Source of the DNA: a bacterium
GTDB lineage: Bacteria > Bacteroidota > Ignavibacteria > UBA10030
Length of the DNA: 64,000 bases
Assembly: GCA_043803945.1 (NCBI GenBank)
Contig: JAZDJN010000033.1
Location: 1 to 64,000, forward strand
Direction: 5' to 3'
Shown here in pieces: positions 20,482-30,494 of this stretch (its first letter is position 1; every line of letters begins with the position of its first letter). The notes under the pieces are model-generated. The model did not search any database. It saw nothing but the letters and a program-made list of their open reading frames with translations, and was not told the DNA's origin. The translations under genes were made by a program, and so were the position numbers.

Positions 20482-21363
20482 TTATGATGAATATTCTCTT
20501 TCGATAACATCTTTTACTTGCTGCATAAGCCATTGCGGGGTTGAGGTGGCTCCTGTTATTCCGACCAATCCGATGCCATGAAACCATTCAGCTTTTAACT
20601 CATCCTCACGTTCAATGAAGTAAATATTATTATTGGTTTGTTTAGCAATGTCAAACAACACTTTTCCATTCGAACTATGTTTTCCGGCGATAAAGATAAC
20701 GAGCTCATGAGCCCCGGCAAACTCACTAATTTTTTTATCTCGACCTGAGACTTGTCCACAAATTGTATCTTTGGCATGAAAATCGATTGCAACATCCTCA
20801 ATTGAACCTACCACCAACTCGTTAATTTTCTTCTCCAACTCATTCTTAATTTTATAGAAGGTTGGCTTATCCATTGTGGTTTGCGAGAAAAGAACCGTCT
20901 TCTTATGAAGATCTATGCAATCAATCTCTCCCAATGATTTTATGACAATCGCCTCTCCGTTTGTTTGTCCTACAAGCCCGATCACTTCCGCATGGTCCTT
21001 TTTCCCAAAGATCACGACCTGATATCCATCGAGGAAGAATTTTCGAATTCTTTCCTGGACCTTGGTAACAACCGGACAAGTCGCATCGATTAAAGTGATG
21101 CCAAGTTCTTCCGCTTGTTTATAGGTGGAGGGTGGTTCACCGTGTGCGCGGATGAGTACTCGCGCACCTTTCGCCTGTTCCAAATCGTTGCTGTGAATCG
21201 TTCTTAAGCCGAGTGCTTGTAGTCTCTCGATCTCCATTGGATTGTGTATGATCTCACCAAGAGAGTACAGAACTCCGTGTTCGGCTAATTCCTGTTCTGC
21301 AATATCAACAGTACGAACAACCCCCCAGCAAAATCCCGATGAACCATCGATATTCACCTTCAT
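20482..21363 (-). CDS. ispH: 4-hydroxy-3-methylbut-2-enyl diphosphate reductase
   Basis: GFCWGV, IRAHG, DATCP, DTIC, SSN, GATSTP. Confidence 0.96.
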   Translation of the reverse strand: MKVNIDGSSGFCWGVVRTVDIAEQELAEHGVLYSLGEIIHNPMEIERLQALGLRTIHSNDLEQAKGARVLIRAHGEPPSTYKQAEELGITLIDATCPVVTKVQERIRKFFLDGYQVVIFGKKDHAEVIGLVGQTNGEAIVIKSLGEIDCIDLHKKTVLFSQTTMDKPTFYKIKNELEKKINELVVGSIEDVAIDFHAKDTICGQVSGRDKKISEFAGAHELVIFIAGKHSSNGKVLFDIAKQTNNNIYFIEREDELKAEWFHGIGLVGITGATSTPQWLMQQVKDVIEREYSS

Positions 21364-22052
21364 ATACCCTTGCCTTCGATTAATTCTCTGGCTTTTAAAA
21401 GAACAAATCCAACCTGTTCGGTGATCGACAAATTGGTTGTATCGAGTTCAATGGCGTCGCCAGCTTTTTTCAGCGGACTCACGACACGTGTTGAGTCTTT
21501 TCTATCCCGTTCTATAAGATCGACTTCAAGCTTGTTCTGGTCAATATGGATACCAGAGCCTTCAAGTTCGATCATTCTTCTATGCGCTCGTTCCACTACA
21601 TTAGCAATCATGAAAATCTTCAAATCTGCTTTTGGCAGAACAATAGTCCCAATATCTCTCCCATCGAGAACGACCCCGCCGTTGGCTGCAATCCGTCGTT
21701 GTTCCAGTACCATAACTTCACGAACTCGTGAGTAGCTGCTGACGGCACTCACATTACTTGTTACATCTAGCGTCCTGATCGCGTCGGTTACCTCTATCTC
21801 GTTCAAAAAGACTCTATTCCCTTCTGAGCGAGGTTCCAAATGAATCTTAATCATCTCAAGAATACCATCGATTCTTGATTCATCCTCAACCGGTATACCG
21901 TGCTGCAGCACCCATAAGGTCACCGCCCGATACATTGCACCGGTATCGATATGCAAATAACCTAATTCTCGAGCTACAATTCTGGCTGTCGTACTCTTTC
22001 CAGATGCCGCTGGCCCATCAATCGCTATTGTAATTTTCCGCTGTTTTTCCAA
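21360..22052 (-). CDS. cmk: Cytidylate kinase
   Basis: IDGPAASGKST, DTGAMYRA, DGRDIGT; TTG start. Confidence 0.97.
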   Translation of the reverse strand: MEKQRKITIAIDGPAASGKSTTARIVARELGYLHIDTGAMYRAVTLWVLQHGIPVEDESRIDGILEMIKIHLEPRSEGNRVFLNEIEVTDAIRTLDVTSNVSAVSSYSRVREVMVLEQRRIAANGGVVLDGRDIGTIVLPKADLKIFMIANVVERAHRRMIELEGSGIHIDQNKLEVDLIERDRKDSTRVVSPLKKAGDAIELDTTNLSITEQVGFVLLKARELIEGKGI

Positions 22053-22064
22053 TTTTAGGTTAGA

Positions 22065-22093
22065 AATATAACACTTTAATTATTCTTGAGCAA
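22065..22093 (-). promoter_or_regulatory. Putative sigma70 promoter of cmk-ispH
   Basis: TTGCTC-17 nt-TATATT on minus strand. Confidence 0.5.
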
Positions 22094-22190
22094 AAACTTT
22101 ATTTGCATAATGAACCGACCTTCATAATGTGGTCTCATTATCACGATCGATCGTTTTAATGGGGAAGAAATAGACGTATCTTAATATCAC

Positions 22191-22745
22191 ATGAGAAAAC
22201 TAACTCACGCTGAAATCTCGAGAAAACGGACTCCCCTCGCATCCATCAACTCAGTTCCTCGATTGCCAGTCAGCGTTATTGTAGACAATATTCGCAGCCT
22301 CTATAATGTTGGCTCAATATTTCGCAGTTCAGATGGAGTTCGTCTTTCAAAATTGATTTTATCGGGATTTACTCCAAAACCACCCCGGAAGGAAATCGAG
22401 AAAACCGCCCTTGGATCAACGTTGAGCGTTCCCTGGGAATATCTACGGGACCCAGTGGAGGCCGTAATCGCCCAAAAATTAGCCGGACATAAAGTTTATT
22501 GCCTCGAATTAACCGATAATACAATACCTTACTACACTATTAATCACGGCGATTTTCCCCTTTGTCTCGTCATTGGCAATGAGATCACAGGTGTATCCAA
22601 AGAAGTCATTGCTTGTTGCGATCATGCCCTGGAGATTCCTCAGCATGGAATCAAACAATCGCTCAATGTGGCTGTTGCCTATGGTATTGCTATTTACCAC
22701 TGCAGTCGAGTTTGGAGAGATTTTAATAGCAGCGAAGATCAGTAG
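22191..22745 (+). CDS. TrmH/SpoU family RNA 2'-O-methyltransferase
   Basis: DNIRSLYNVGSIFR, GNE..G, SLNVAVA SPOUT motifs. Confidence 0.92.
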   Translation: MRKLTHAEISRKRTPLASINSVPRLPVSVIVDNIRSLYNVGSIFRSSDGVRLSKLILSGFTPKPPRKEIEKTALGSTLSVPWEYLRDPVEAVIAQKLAGHKVYCLELTDNTIPYYTINHGDFPLCLVIGNEITGVSKEVIACCDHALEIPQHGIKQSLNVAVAYGIAIYHCSRVWRDFNSSEDQ

Positions 22746-23392
22746 GCAAGTGTATAAAAATCTTCTTTCTCGTGAGTGTGAATTCTTAACACACCTGCCC
22801 GCACTAACTGGATGAGTGTTCGTGATGAGCGTCGTCTGGATATATTCACCAATTCGCTGAATTGCCTCACGGTTATTCTCTGATTTGAATCAAGGTGTTC
22901 AAACAGGCGGTGTTCGGTCTCCCCAATGCTTATGCGCAATGGAGGCGAGTCGGGAGTCTCTGATCGAAGTATCTTAATAACTTCTTTACTTGCCAGAACA
23001 CTCTTATCGTTTACACGAATCAGAACTTTACTATCTTGATCTTCATCGTCCTGATCACCTTCAATGAGATAATGAGGCTTTTCTGTACTTTCCTCTATGG
23101 TGGCAACGATAATATCTTTTCCATGGTAAGAGGCAACTTCAATTTTCGCTTCAATGGGTGGATCGCAGTGCCAGCGAGCTGCCATTTGAATCATCTCGGC
23201 TTCTGCCTTTTCACTTTCGACACCAACAATACTCTTATCATCGTCGATGCCGAATAAAATGATCCCGCCTTTTGTATTTGCGAAGGCAATTAATGCACGT
23301 GCAATTTTTTCAGGTGAAGAGACTTTCCTTTTAAACTCTAGTTGGAATCCCTCACCCTCTTCGAGAAGTACCTTTATATCTTTTCCCGTCAT
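22739..23392 (-). CDS. AlbA_2/Schlafen-like domain protein with C-terminal winged HTH
   Basis: GEGFQLEFK, AFANTKGG..LFGIDD; C-terminal ITVRQFSELVNISRRR HTH. Confidence 0.85.
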   Translation of the reverse strand: MTGKDIKVLLEEGEGFQLEFKRKVSSPEKIARALIAFANTKGGIILFGIDDDKSIVGVESEKAEAEMIQMAARWHCDPPIEAKIEVASYHGKDIIVATIEESTEKPHYLIEGDQDDEDQDSKVLIRVNDKSVLASKEVIKILRSETPDSPPLRISIGETEHRLFEHLDSNQRITVRQFSELVNISRRRSSRTLIQLVRAGVLRIHTHEKEDFYTLAY

Positions 23393-23407
23393 TTTGTCCT
23401 TCTCCGC

Positions 23408-24148
23408 TTACCAGCCACGCGCTTCAAGGCGTTCTTGAATAATTTGTGACATCCGTTCGAGATACCGTGACTCACCTGCTGCCTGAAAGCGACGGGGATT
23501 GGGAATGATAACGGCCAGTCTTATTGCCTCACTTCTGCTTAACGAGGAACAAGATTTTCCAAAATGATATTGTGCAGCAGCATCAATTCCATAAACTCCA
23601 GGTCCCCATTCAATGAGATTCAAGTACAGTTCCAGGATTCTCGTCTTCGTTAACGTTTGTTCCAGATACCAGGTGAGCAGCCATTCCTTGAGCTTTCGCA
23701 TGGGATTCTTTGAAGCTGAGAGATAAAGATTCTTTGCTAGCTGTTGAGATATTGTACTTGCACCCCGTGCAACTCTGCCTTCTTTGAGATTTCTATCAAT
23801 AGACGCTCGAAATTCAAACCAGTCAAAACCTGAATGTTCCCAGAACGTACCATCCTCTGCAACGATAACTGCATTAATAACATCTTTAGGAATTCTATTG
23901 TAAGAAACCCAATGCTGCCGTTTGATAAATGGTTTCTTTTCTGACTCAACCTGTTCTCTCTGAGCTACCATGAAAGCTGTCTCAGATGGATTTTGCTTTT
24001 TTAAGCTTCGGATATTGGCGAATGGCAGGGTAATTATCTCGATGAATATCCACAAACCCAGGATGAGTATGGTGCTTTGGATCTTATGTCTTTTTGCCCA
24101 AGTCCAAGCTCTCTGGACAATATATCGAAGCCATTCTTTGCCCTTCAT
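23408..24148 (-). CDS. mtgA: Monofunctional peptidoglycan transglycosylase (GT51)
   Basis: EDGTFWEHSG, GASTISQQLAKNL, RKLKE, YLNLIEWG; start set to 24148. Confidence 0.92.
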   Translation of the reverse strand: MKGKEWLRYIVQRAWTWAKRHKIQSTILILGLWIFIEIITLPFANIRSLKKQNPSETAFMVAQREQVESEKKPFIKRQHWVSYNRIPKDVINAVIVAEDGTFWEHSGFDWFEFRASIDRNLKEGRVARGASTISQQLAKNLYLSASKNPMRKLKEWLLTWYLEQTLTKTRILELYLNLIEWGPGVYGIDAAAQYHFGKSCSSLSRSEAIRLAVIIPNPRRFQAAGESRYLERMSQIIQERLEARGW

Positions 24149-24149
24149 A

Positions 24150-24590
24150 TCAACAACGAAGCGAACGTTTCTTGCTATCGAGATAGCTTTGAAGCAAAAT
24201 AGCGGCAGCCATTGTATCGATTCGACCCTTGTCTCTTCGATCCTTCTTTGTCGTTCCCATCTCCAGGAGAGTCTTATGAGCAATGACACTTGTAAATCGT
24301 TCATCCCAGGTAATTATCTCAATCTCAAGACCATGCTTCAGCCTTTGAATAAATTCATCGACCTGCTGTGCTTTTTTTTCTTTTTGCCCCTTAAGGTTAT
24401 AGGGCATTCCAACAACAATCTGTGTTATAGCATAGCGAGAGATATAATCACTCAATGTTGGAATGAGATTTTTGTTGTTTTCAATCGTTTCGATTGGGTG
24501 TGCTAAAATCTGGAGCGGATCACTCATGGCAATTCCTATTCTCCGATCCCCATAATCGAGCGCCAGAATTCGTTTCTTCCCGTTTTCCAT
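24150..24590 (-). CDS. ruvX: YqgF/RuvX pre-16S rRNA nuclease
   Basis: LDYGDRRIGIA.SD, VVGMP, DERFTS, D..AA.ILLQ. Confidence 0.95.
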   Translation of the reverse strand: MENGKKRILALDYGDRRIGIAMSDPLQILAHPIETIENNKNLIPTLSDYISRYAITQIVVGMPYNLKGQKEKKAQQVDEFIQRLKHGLEIEIITWDERFTSVIAHKTLLEMGTTKKDRRDKGRIDTMAAAILLQSYLDSKKRSLRC

Positions 24591-24596
24591 CGTTCC

Positions 24597-26786
24597 CTAT
24601 TGTCTATAGAATCGTTCTACTTCCATCATTCCTTCGATCCTTCGTATCTTTTCAATTAAACGGGAGAGATGCTCAGTATTCTTCACATAAATGATAATCT
24701 GGCCCTCAACGATCGAGCCCTTCGAGTCGATATTGACACTTCGAATATTGGTATTTTGGTAGGTAGAGATTACATGGGTAATATCTGATAAAAACCCTTG
24801 CCGATCCTTTCCGACAATTCGAAGTGCAGCGATGAAATCTGCACCGTTTGCCGGGGGCCAGCTAACATCCACAAGCCGGGCACTTTCTGCTAAACGCATG
24901 GCAAGAACATTTCGACAATCCTTCCGATGAATCTTAATCCCCTCCCCTATAGTAACATACCCGATAATTTCATCGCCAGGAATCGGACTGCAGCACTTCG
25001 CATACTGGTGCATAAAATTATCGCTTGTACCGAGCACAGAAATCCCGCTGGTAAGTTCGCGTGCCGTGGCGACAAACTTTTTAAAGAGAGATTCCGCCGC
25101 TTCTGTTTGTTGTGATAAGTCTTCGGATGTTCCCTTCTTTTCCTTTGCGAGAATCTGTTCAATAATTGTATCAGCATCAATTTTTTGGTCAGCAATGCCT
25201 AGGTAAAATGTTTGCAGATTATCAAAACGAATCGTATGAATAAATTTTAACAACTCATCTTCGCCAATATGGAGTTTGTGTTTCTTGATTCGTTTGTCCC
25301 AAAGCTCTTTTCCCTGATCGATCCGAGAACGCAATTCTTCCTTGATCCATCGCCTGATGTGTGTCTTCGCTTTATGGGTGACAACAAATTTATCCCAACC
25401 CGCATTTGGCTTCTGATTCTTCGAGGTTATAATTTCCAACTGGTCACCGCTCCGAAGCAGTGTGTTGAGTGGAACGATTCTCCCATTGACTTTTGCTCCA
25501 ATGCAATGGTAGCCGACGTTAGAATGGATTTCATACGCAAAGTCGATTGGCGTGGAATTACGCGGAAGAATTTTTAAATCTCCCTTGGGTGTAAACACAT
25601 AGATTTCGTCCTGATAGAGATTGAGCTTGAAACTCTCCATCAATTCTCTTGGGGTTTCATCACTCTTTTGTTCAAAGATCTCCCGTACCCAGGCTATCCA
25701 ATTTTCCAGTTCTTTGTCGATGGTTGATTTGTTTTCTTTATACATCCAGTGTGCCGCCACGCCTTTTTCTGCAACTTCGTGCATCAACTTAGTCCTGATC
25801 TGAACTTCCACCAGCTTGCCGCCGGGCCCAACAACGGTTGTATGAATAGATTGATAGCCGTTTTTTTTCCGAACAGAGATGTAATCCTTGAACCGTTCCG
25901 GGATCGGTTTATAAATTTCCGAAACGATTCCGTAGACAAGGAAGCAAGCGTTATTATCTTTTGTGTCGAGGATAAAACGAACTGCAAAAAGATCGTAGAT
26001 TTCATCCAATGGTTTACCGCGCTTCAGCATTTTATTGTAAATACTGTAAAGATGTTTTGGTCTGCCTCCCAATTCATAAATAATATTTTCTTCAGTCAAC
26101 CGCTTCTCTATCGGCTGGCTGAATTTCTTGATGTAATGTTCCCGCTCTCTTCTTCTGGATTTTATCTGGTGTGCGATCTGATCATAGTCGGTACGATGAA
26201 GGAATTTGAATGAAAGATCTTCAAGTTCCCACTTGATTTTTGCCAAACCGAATCGATGAGCAAATGGAGCATAGATGTCGAGAGTTTCACGGGCAAATCG
26301 CTCCTGTTTCTCCGTTGGCAGGTATTCGAGCGTTCTCATATTGTGAAGACGATCGGCAAACTTGATGAGCATCACCCTGATATCACTGACCATCGATAAG
26401 AGAAGTTTTCGATAATTCTCCGCTTCCGTCACCTCATGGCTTCGAAAGATATCGGAGATCTTTGTTGCCCCATCGACGATTTCTGCAATAGTAGCGCCAA
26501 ATTCCGCTTTGATGTCATCCAACTCGAATGTTGTGTCTTCGACCACATCGTGCAACAATGCACTGGCGATTGAGATATCATCAAGGGGTATTTCCTTGGC
26601 GACGATTAACGCCACTTCGTAGGGATGCTGAAAATATGGCTCACCGGACGCGCGGAGATCATTTTTATGCGCTTCGAGACTGAAGCGATATGCACGATCG
26701 ATAAGATCCTCATCGACGGTGCGCAAATTCTTTTTGCACACGGCGAGTAAGTCATCACGTTTCTTTTTGTATTGGCTGTCTAACAT
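24597..26786 (-). CDS. rel: Bifunctional (p)ppGpp synthetase/hydrolase (long RSH)
   Basis: HD motif LLHDVVED, RFKDY, YQSIHT, EVQIRT, TGS (FTPKG) and ACT domains. Confidence 0.96.
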   Translation of the reverse strand: MLDSQYKKKRDDLLAVCKKNLRTVDEDLIDRAYRFSLEAHKNDLRASGEPYFQHPYEVALIVAKEIPLDDISIASALLHDVVEDTTFELDDIKAEFGATIAEIVDGATKISDIFRSHEVTEAENYRKLLLSMVSDIRVMLIKFADRLHNMRTLEYLPTEKQERFARETLDIYAPFAHRFGLAKIKWELEDLSFKFLHRTDYDQIAHQIKSRRREREHYIKKFSQPIEKRLTEENIIYELGGRPKHLYSIYNKMLKRGKPLDEIYDLFAVRFILDTKDNNACFLVYGIVSEIYKPIPERFKDYISVRKKNGYQSIHTTVVGPGGKLVEVQIRTKLMHEVAEKGVAAHWMYKENKSTIDKELENWIAWVREIFEQKSDETPRELMESFKLNLYQDEIYVFTPKGDLKILPRNSTPIDFAYEIHSNVGYHCIGAKVNGRIVPLNTLLRSGDQLEIITSKNQKPNAGWDKFVVTHKAKTHIRRWIKEELRSRIDQGKELWDKRIKKHKLHIGEDELLKFIHTIRFDNLQTFYLGIADQKIDADTIIEQILAKEKKGTSEDLSQQTEAAESLFKKFVATARELTSGISVLGTSDNFMHQYAKCCSPIPGDEIIGYVTIGEGIKIHRKDCRNVLAMRLAESARLVDVSWPPANGADFIAALRIVGKDRQGFLSDITHVISTYQNTNIRSVNIDSKGSIVEGQIIIYVKNTEHLSRLIEKIRRIEGMMEVERFYRQ

Positions 26787-26807
26787 TTTCGAACCCTCTT
26801 CAGAGGG

Positions 26808-26835
26808 AATATAGCGATATCACGACGAATGTCAA
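26808..26835 (-). promoter_or_regulatory. sigma70 promoter of rel
   Basis: TTGACA-16 nt-TATATT on minus strand, 21 bp upstream of the start. Confidence 0.65.
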
Positions 26836-26848
26836 GAAGAGAGAATCC

Positions 26849-27934
26849 TCATTCCTTAACTCTGTTTTTGTTCAATAGTTCATTCATGAGAGTTTGCGCC
26901 TCCATAATTTTTGAATCTCCGCGCTTCTTCAAGTGTGCTGGGAGGAGATTTCCCAACTGAATAATTCTCTGCAAGTGTGCAGGCACGCCTTCTCTGTTCT
27001 TTTCGGCAAGTATTAATTTTGAGAGATTTAACCGACAGACGATCTCGTTATAGTAATTTTTTTCAGAATCATTTATCAATGCCCCGAGAAGTTTTTCATA
27101 GGCATCTATTGCTTTTGCCCCCTCTCCTTCGCGTTCATATGCCGTTGCTAGCCCCCAGAGGAACCCTCTGTTTTCCGGATATGAGCTGAGCCCTTTCAGG
27201 GCACAGTCAATAGCTTCTTCATATCGTTCAGCATCAATCAAGATTGTCAACAGATTATTTATGGCTGTGTATTTCGTGAATAGGCCATCGTTAAAGGCTC
27301 GCTGGAGATTTTTTATTCCTTCATCCGCTTGATTCCCTATAAAGGGTACCCAGTTAATAATCTGCGTTTTACGGCTTCTCCAGTACTGAAATGTCCCGAT
27401 CCCTGTATAAGAATCGATGAGGGAAGAATCGAGTTCCAGCGCCTTCCTGAATTCTGAAACAGCAGATAATCCTTTTGTTACCCCACCAAGCCATTCGTCT
27501 CGATAAACGCGTGCATAAGATTCATACCCTAGTGCAGTTCCGAGAAAATAATGACCCCAGGCAGAAGATGGCTGCAGGTCAACCCAGTTCTTCGCAAGTG
27601 ATGTCCCCTGTTCAAGCAATGAATCCATAACTCCATTAAGCATTTCCATCTCATAATCCATAATCCTTGTCTGGATCGTGCCTGCTTTAAAGAGATATCC
27701 TGCAGGTTGATCTGGAAAATCTTTTATCAAGAGAGAGAAAACGGAGTCAGCTTGTATGTACTCATGCTTAAATGTATAGTGAATGCCGGCAAGGAGGTCC
27801 TTTTTAATGCGCCTCGGCAAGTCTTGTTGTGCGGAAAGAGATATGCAGGGGAACAATAATAGAGCCATCCATAACGGTACTACTTTCAGTAACCGCTTCG
27901 ACAATCGGTAATATTTTATCAAGGTTGCCGTCAT
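26849..27934 (-). CDS. TPR-like exported hypothetical protein
   Basis: Signal-like N-terminus and helical TPR-type repeats (KALELDSS..DSY.G.G). Confidence 0.65.
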   Translation of the reverse strand: MTATLIKYYRLSKRLLKVVPLWMALLLFPCISLSAQQDLPRRIKKDLLAGIHYTFKHEYIQADSVFSLLIKDFPDQPAGYLFKAGTIQTRIMDYEMEMLNGVMDSLLEQGTSLAKNWVDLQPSSAWGHYFLGTALGYESYARVYRDEWLGGVTKGLSAVSEFRKALELDSSLIDSYTGIGTFQYWRSRKTQIINWVPFIGNQADEGIKNLQRAFNDGLFTKYTAINNLLTILIDAERYEEAIDCALKGLSSYPENRGFLWGLATAYEREGEGAKAIDAYEKLLGALINDSEKNYYNEIVCRLNLSKLILAEKNREGVPAHLQRIIQLGNLLPAHLKKRGDSKIMEAQTLMNELLNKNRVKE

Positions 27935-27953
27935 CTATGCGCTCTGCCAAAGA

Positions 27954-29261
27954 TTACTTCTTCTTAAACACCAGTGTGAGCGGCACACCTACGAATCCAA
28001 AGCAATCTCTCAGTTTGTTTGCCAGATATCGTTTGTAGGATTCCTGAATGAGTGTTGGTTCATTACAAAAGAATGCAAACACAGGTGGCTTGGATTTTAC
28101 TTGCGTGATAAATTTAATTTTTATTTCCTTGGGACTTGAAGATTTTGGCGGATTTTTCTCGATGGCCGGCAATAAGGCTTCATTCAATTCGCTCGTACCG
28201 ATTCTTTTATTCTGCTCTGCATGAATAGTTATCGCAAGATCCAGAACTTTCTGGATACGTTGTTTCGTCAGGGCAGAGATGAAAACAACCGGGATAAACT
28301 CATACATGCCCATTTTCTCCTTAATAACCAATTCGATATGACGCGCCGTATTGGTTTCCTTCTCGATCAGATCCCATTTATTCACAGCGACGAGCGCACA
28401 TCGTTTTCGCTCCATAGTCGATTCGACGATATGAAGATCTTGTGAATCAATACCCCGCGAGGCGTCGAAAAGAATGATCGCCACATCTGCCCGCTCCAGA
28501 CTTTTAAGCGTACGAATGGCACTGAAGAATTCTATGCTTTCATATGTCTTTCGTTTTTTCTTAAGCCCGGCTGTATCGATCAAAATAATTTCTTCATCCT
28601 TGTAGTTCAGTATCGAATCAATCGGGTCCCGTGTCGTTCCCGGGATATCAGTTACTACCTGCCTCTTTTTTCCAAGAAGTGCATTCACGAGAGAAGATTT
28701 TCCGACATTCGGTTTACCGATCACTGCAAGTCGCATCCGTTGCTCTTGCTCTTCCGGTTCTTCAATAAGAAATGTTGATGTAATTGTATCGAGAAAATCA
28801 CCAATCTGGCGGCCAGCTAATGCGGAGATTGGAATCGGGTTGCCCAGGCCGAGTTCGTGAAATTCATGAGCATCGTGCTCACGCTTTGCCGAATCAATTT
28901 TATTAACGACCAGATAAATGGGCTTTTGCGATTTACGAAGTATGTCCGCAAGCTCTCTATCAAGCCCTACAATACCGCTGATTGCATCCACGAGAAATAC
29001 CACAACATCGGCTTCTTCAATCGCGATCTCTGCTTGTTCCCTGATTGCTTGCTCGAAGATATCATCAGATTCAGTAACAAAACCACCTGTGTCGATAATG
29101 GTAAAATGCTTACCTGTCCATTCCGTCTTTGCATATTTTCGATCTCGTGTCACCCCGGGGAAATCGTGCACGATAGCTTCCTGAAAACCGAGAATTCGAT
29201 TATAGAGTGTCGATTTTCCGACGTTCGGGCGGCCTATTATTGCGACAATGTTTGTAGACAT
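27954..29261 (-). CDS. der: Ribosome biogenesis GTPase Der
   Basis: Two GTPase domains (GRPNVGKS / GKPNVGKS, DTGG/DTAG, NKID/NKWD); start set to 29261. Confidence 0.97.
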   Translation of the reverse strand: MSTNIVAIIGRPNVGKSTLYNRILGFQEAIVHDFPGVTRDRKYAKTEWTGKHFTIIDTGGFVTESDDIFEQAIREQAEIAIEEADVVVFLVDAISGIVGLDRELADILRKSQKPIYLVVNKIDSAKREHDAHEFHELGLGNPIPISALAGRQIGDFLDTITSTFLIEEPEEQEQRMRLAVIGKPNVGKSSLVNALLGKKRQVVTDIPGTTRDPIDSILNYKDEEIILIDTAGLKKKRKTYESIEFFSAIRTLKSLERADVAIILFDASRGIDSQDLHIVESTMERKRCALVAVNKWDLIEKETNTARHIELVIKEKMGMYEFIPVVFISALTKQRIQKVLDLAITIHAEQNKRIGTSELNEALLPAIEKNPPKSSSPKEIKIKFITQVKSKPPVFAFFCNEPTLIQESYKRYLANKLRDCFGFVGVPLTLVFKKK

Positions 29262-29374
29262 AGATGATTTTCTTCTGTTCGAGAGAAAAGTAGAGAAAAA
29301 TGCAAAGAGTATCAATGAATCGGGATTGCTCGTGCAGCTAAAGGGTGGGAACGATACACCTTCTTCTTAGGTTG

Positions 29375-29449
29375 TCGGGGCGGCGAGATTCGAACTCGCG
29401 ACCTCTTGGTCCCGAACCAAGCGCGCTAGCCAGGCTGCGCCACGCCCCG
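29375..29449 (-). tRNA. tRNA-Pro(CGG)
   Basis: CGGGGCG acceptor stem, anticodon arm CTTGG-TTCGGGA-CCAAG, GTTCGAATC T-loop; CCA not encoded. Confidence 0.96.
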
Positions 29450-29470
29450 TAGATCGTTGCTGACACTGTA

Positions 29471-29499
29471 AATATAGCCATCAGAAGGTGTAAAAGCAA
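29471..29499 (-). promoter_or_regulatory. Putative sigma70 promoter of tRNA-Pro
   Basis: TTGCTT-17 nt-TATATT. Confidence 0.55.
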
Positions 29500-29520
29500 C
29501 GGAGTTTTATGCAGCCGGTG

Positions 29521-30462
29521 CTATTGCTTAGTGAGTCTGGAAAAGAGTTGAAGCACCTGGGAAACAATTGACTGCATATCCTCTCCCTCACTCATCGTCA
29601 ACCAGTGAATTCGTTGATCGGCGTTGAACCAGGTCAGTTGTCTCTTCGCGAATCTCCGGGAGTTCCTTTTTGTACGCTCTACCGCCTCCTCCAATGAGAT
29701 CTTTCCATCCAGATGGTCGATTATTTCTTTATACCCGACCGTGTTCAGTGCGTTCAGATTCTTTCCATACCCTTTTGCTAACAATGCCGAAACTTCTTTG
29801 ACGAAACCTTGCTCAATCATGAATTCGACCCGACGATTGATTCGATCGTAGAGTACTTGTCGATCCCATAATAATGCAACCTGGAGGAAACGATGAGGAA
29901 ACAATCTATTCTGTTCGGCATGGTACAGTGAGAGTGATTTTCCTGAACTGTAGTACACTTCTAGAGCTCTAATCACTTGACGCGATTTGATCTCTTTCAT
30001 TTGAGAGGCTGTCACCGGATCAACTTGTTTTAACAATTCAAAAAGTCCCTGCAATCCGGTTTCTTGCAACTGTTGCTCAAGTTTAAATCGAATTTCTGGG
30101 TCCTTCCCTGGCCCATCAAAAAGGCCGTCGAGGAGTGCTTTTACATAGAGTCCCGATCCTCCGACTACGATTGGGATTCTTTTCCGGGTAACCATTGTCT
30201 CAAGAAGATTCCTGGCATCAGTGCCGTACTGCCCAGCATTATATTCCTGATCGGGTTCTAGCAAGTCGATAAAATAATGCTTCACCTGACGCAATTGTTC
30301 AGGAGATGGTTTCGCTGTGCCGATGGAGAGCCCTTTGTAGATCTGGCGTGAATCTGCAGAAATTATCTCTCCATCAAGCTTACGAGCCAAATCCAGTGAG
30401 ACAGTTGTTTTCCCGGAAGCAGTTGGACCGACGATAGCGAGAATTGGGGGTGCGGAATGCAT
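29521..30462 (-). CDS. miaA: tRNA dimethylallyltransferase
   Basis: GPTASGKT, DSRQIY, GGSGLY, AKRQLTWF. Confidence 0.97.
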   Translation of the reverse strand: MHSAPPILAIVGPTASGKTTVSLDLARKLDGEIISADSRQIYKGLSIGTAKPSPEQLRQVKHYFIDLLEPDQEYNAGQYGTDARNLLETMVTRKRIPIVVGGSGLYVKALLDGLFDGPGKDPEIRFKLEQQLQETGLQGLFELLKQVDPVTASQMKEIKSRQVIRALEVYYSSGKSLSLYHAEQNRLFPHRFLQVALLWDRQVLYDRINRRVEFMIEQGFVKEVSALLAKGYGKNLNALNTVGYKEIIDHLDGKISLEEAVERTKRNSRRFAKRQLTWFNADQRIHWLTMSEGEDMQSIVSQVLQLFSRLTKQ

Positions 30463-30494
30463 TTGAGAAACTAAATGGTTACTTAATTCAAGGC

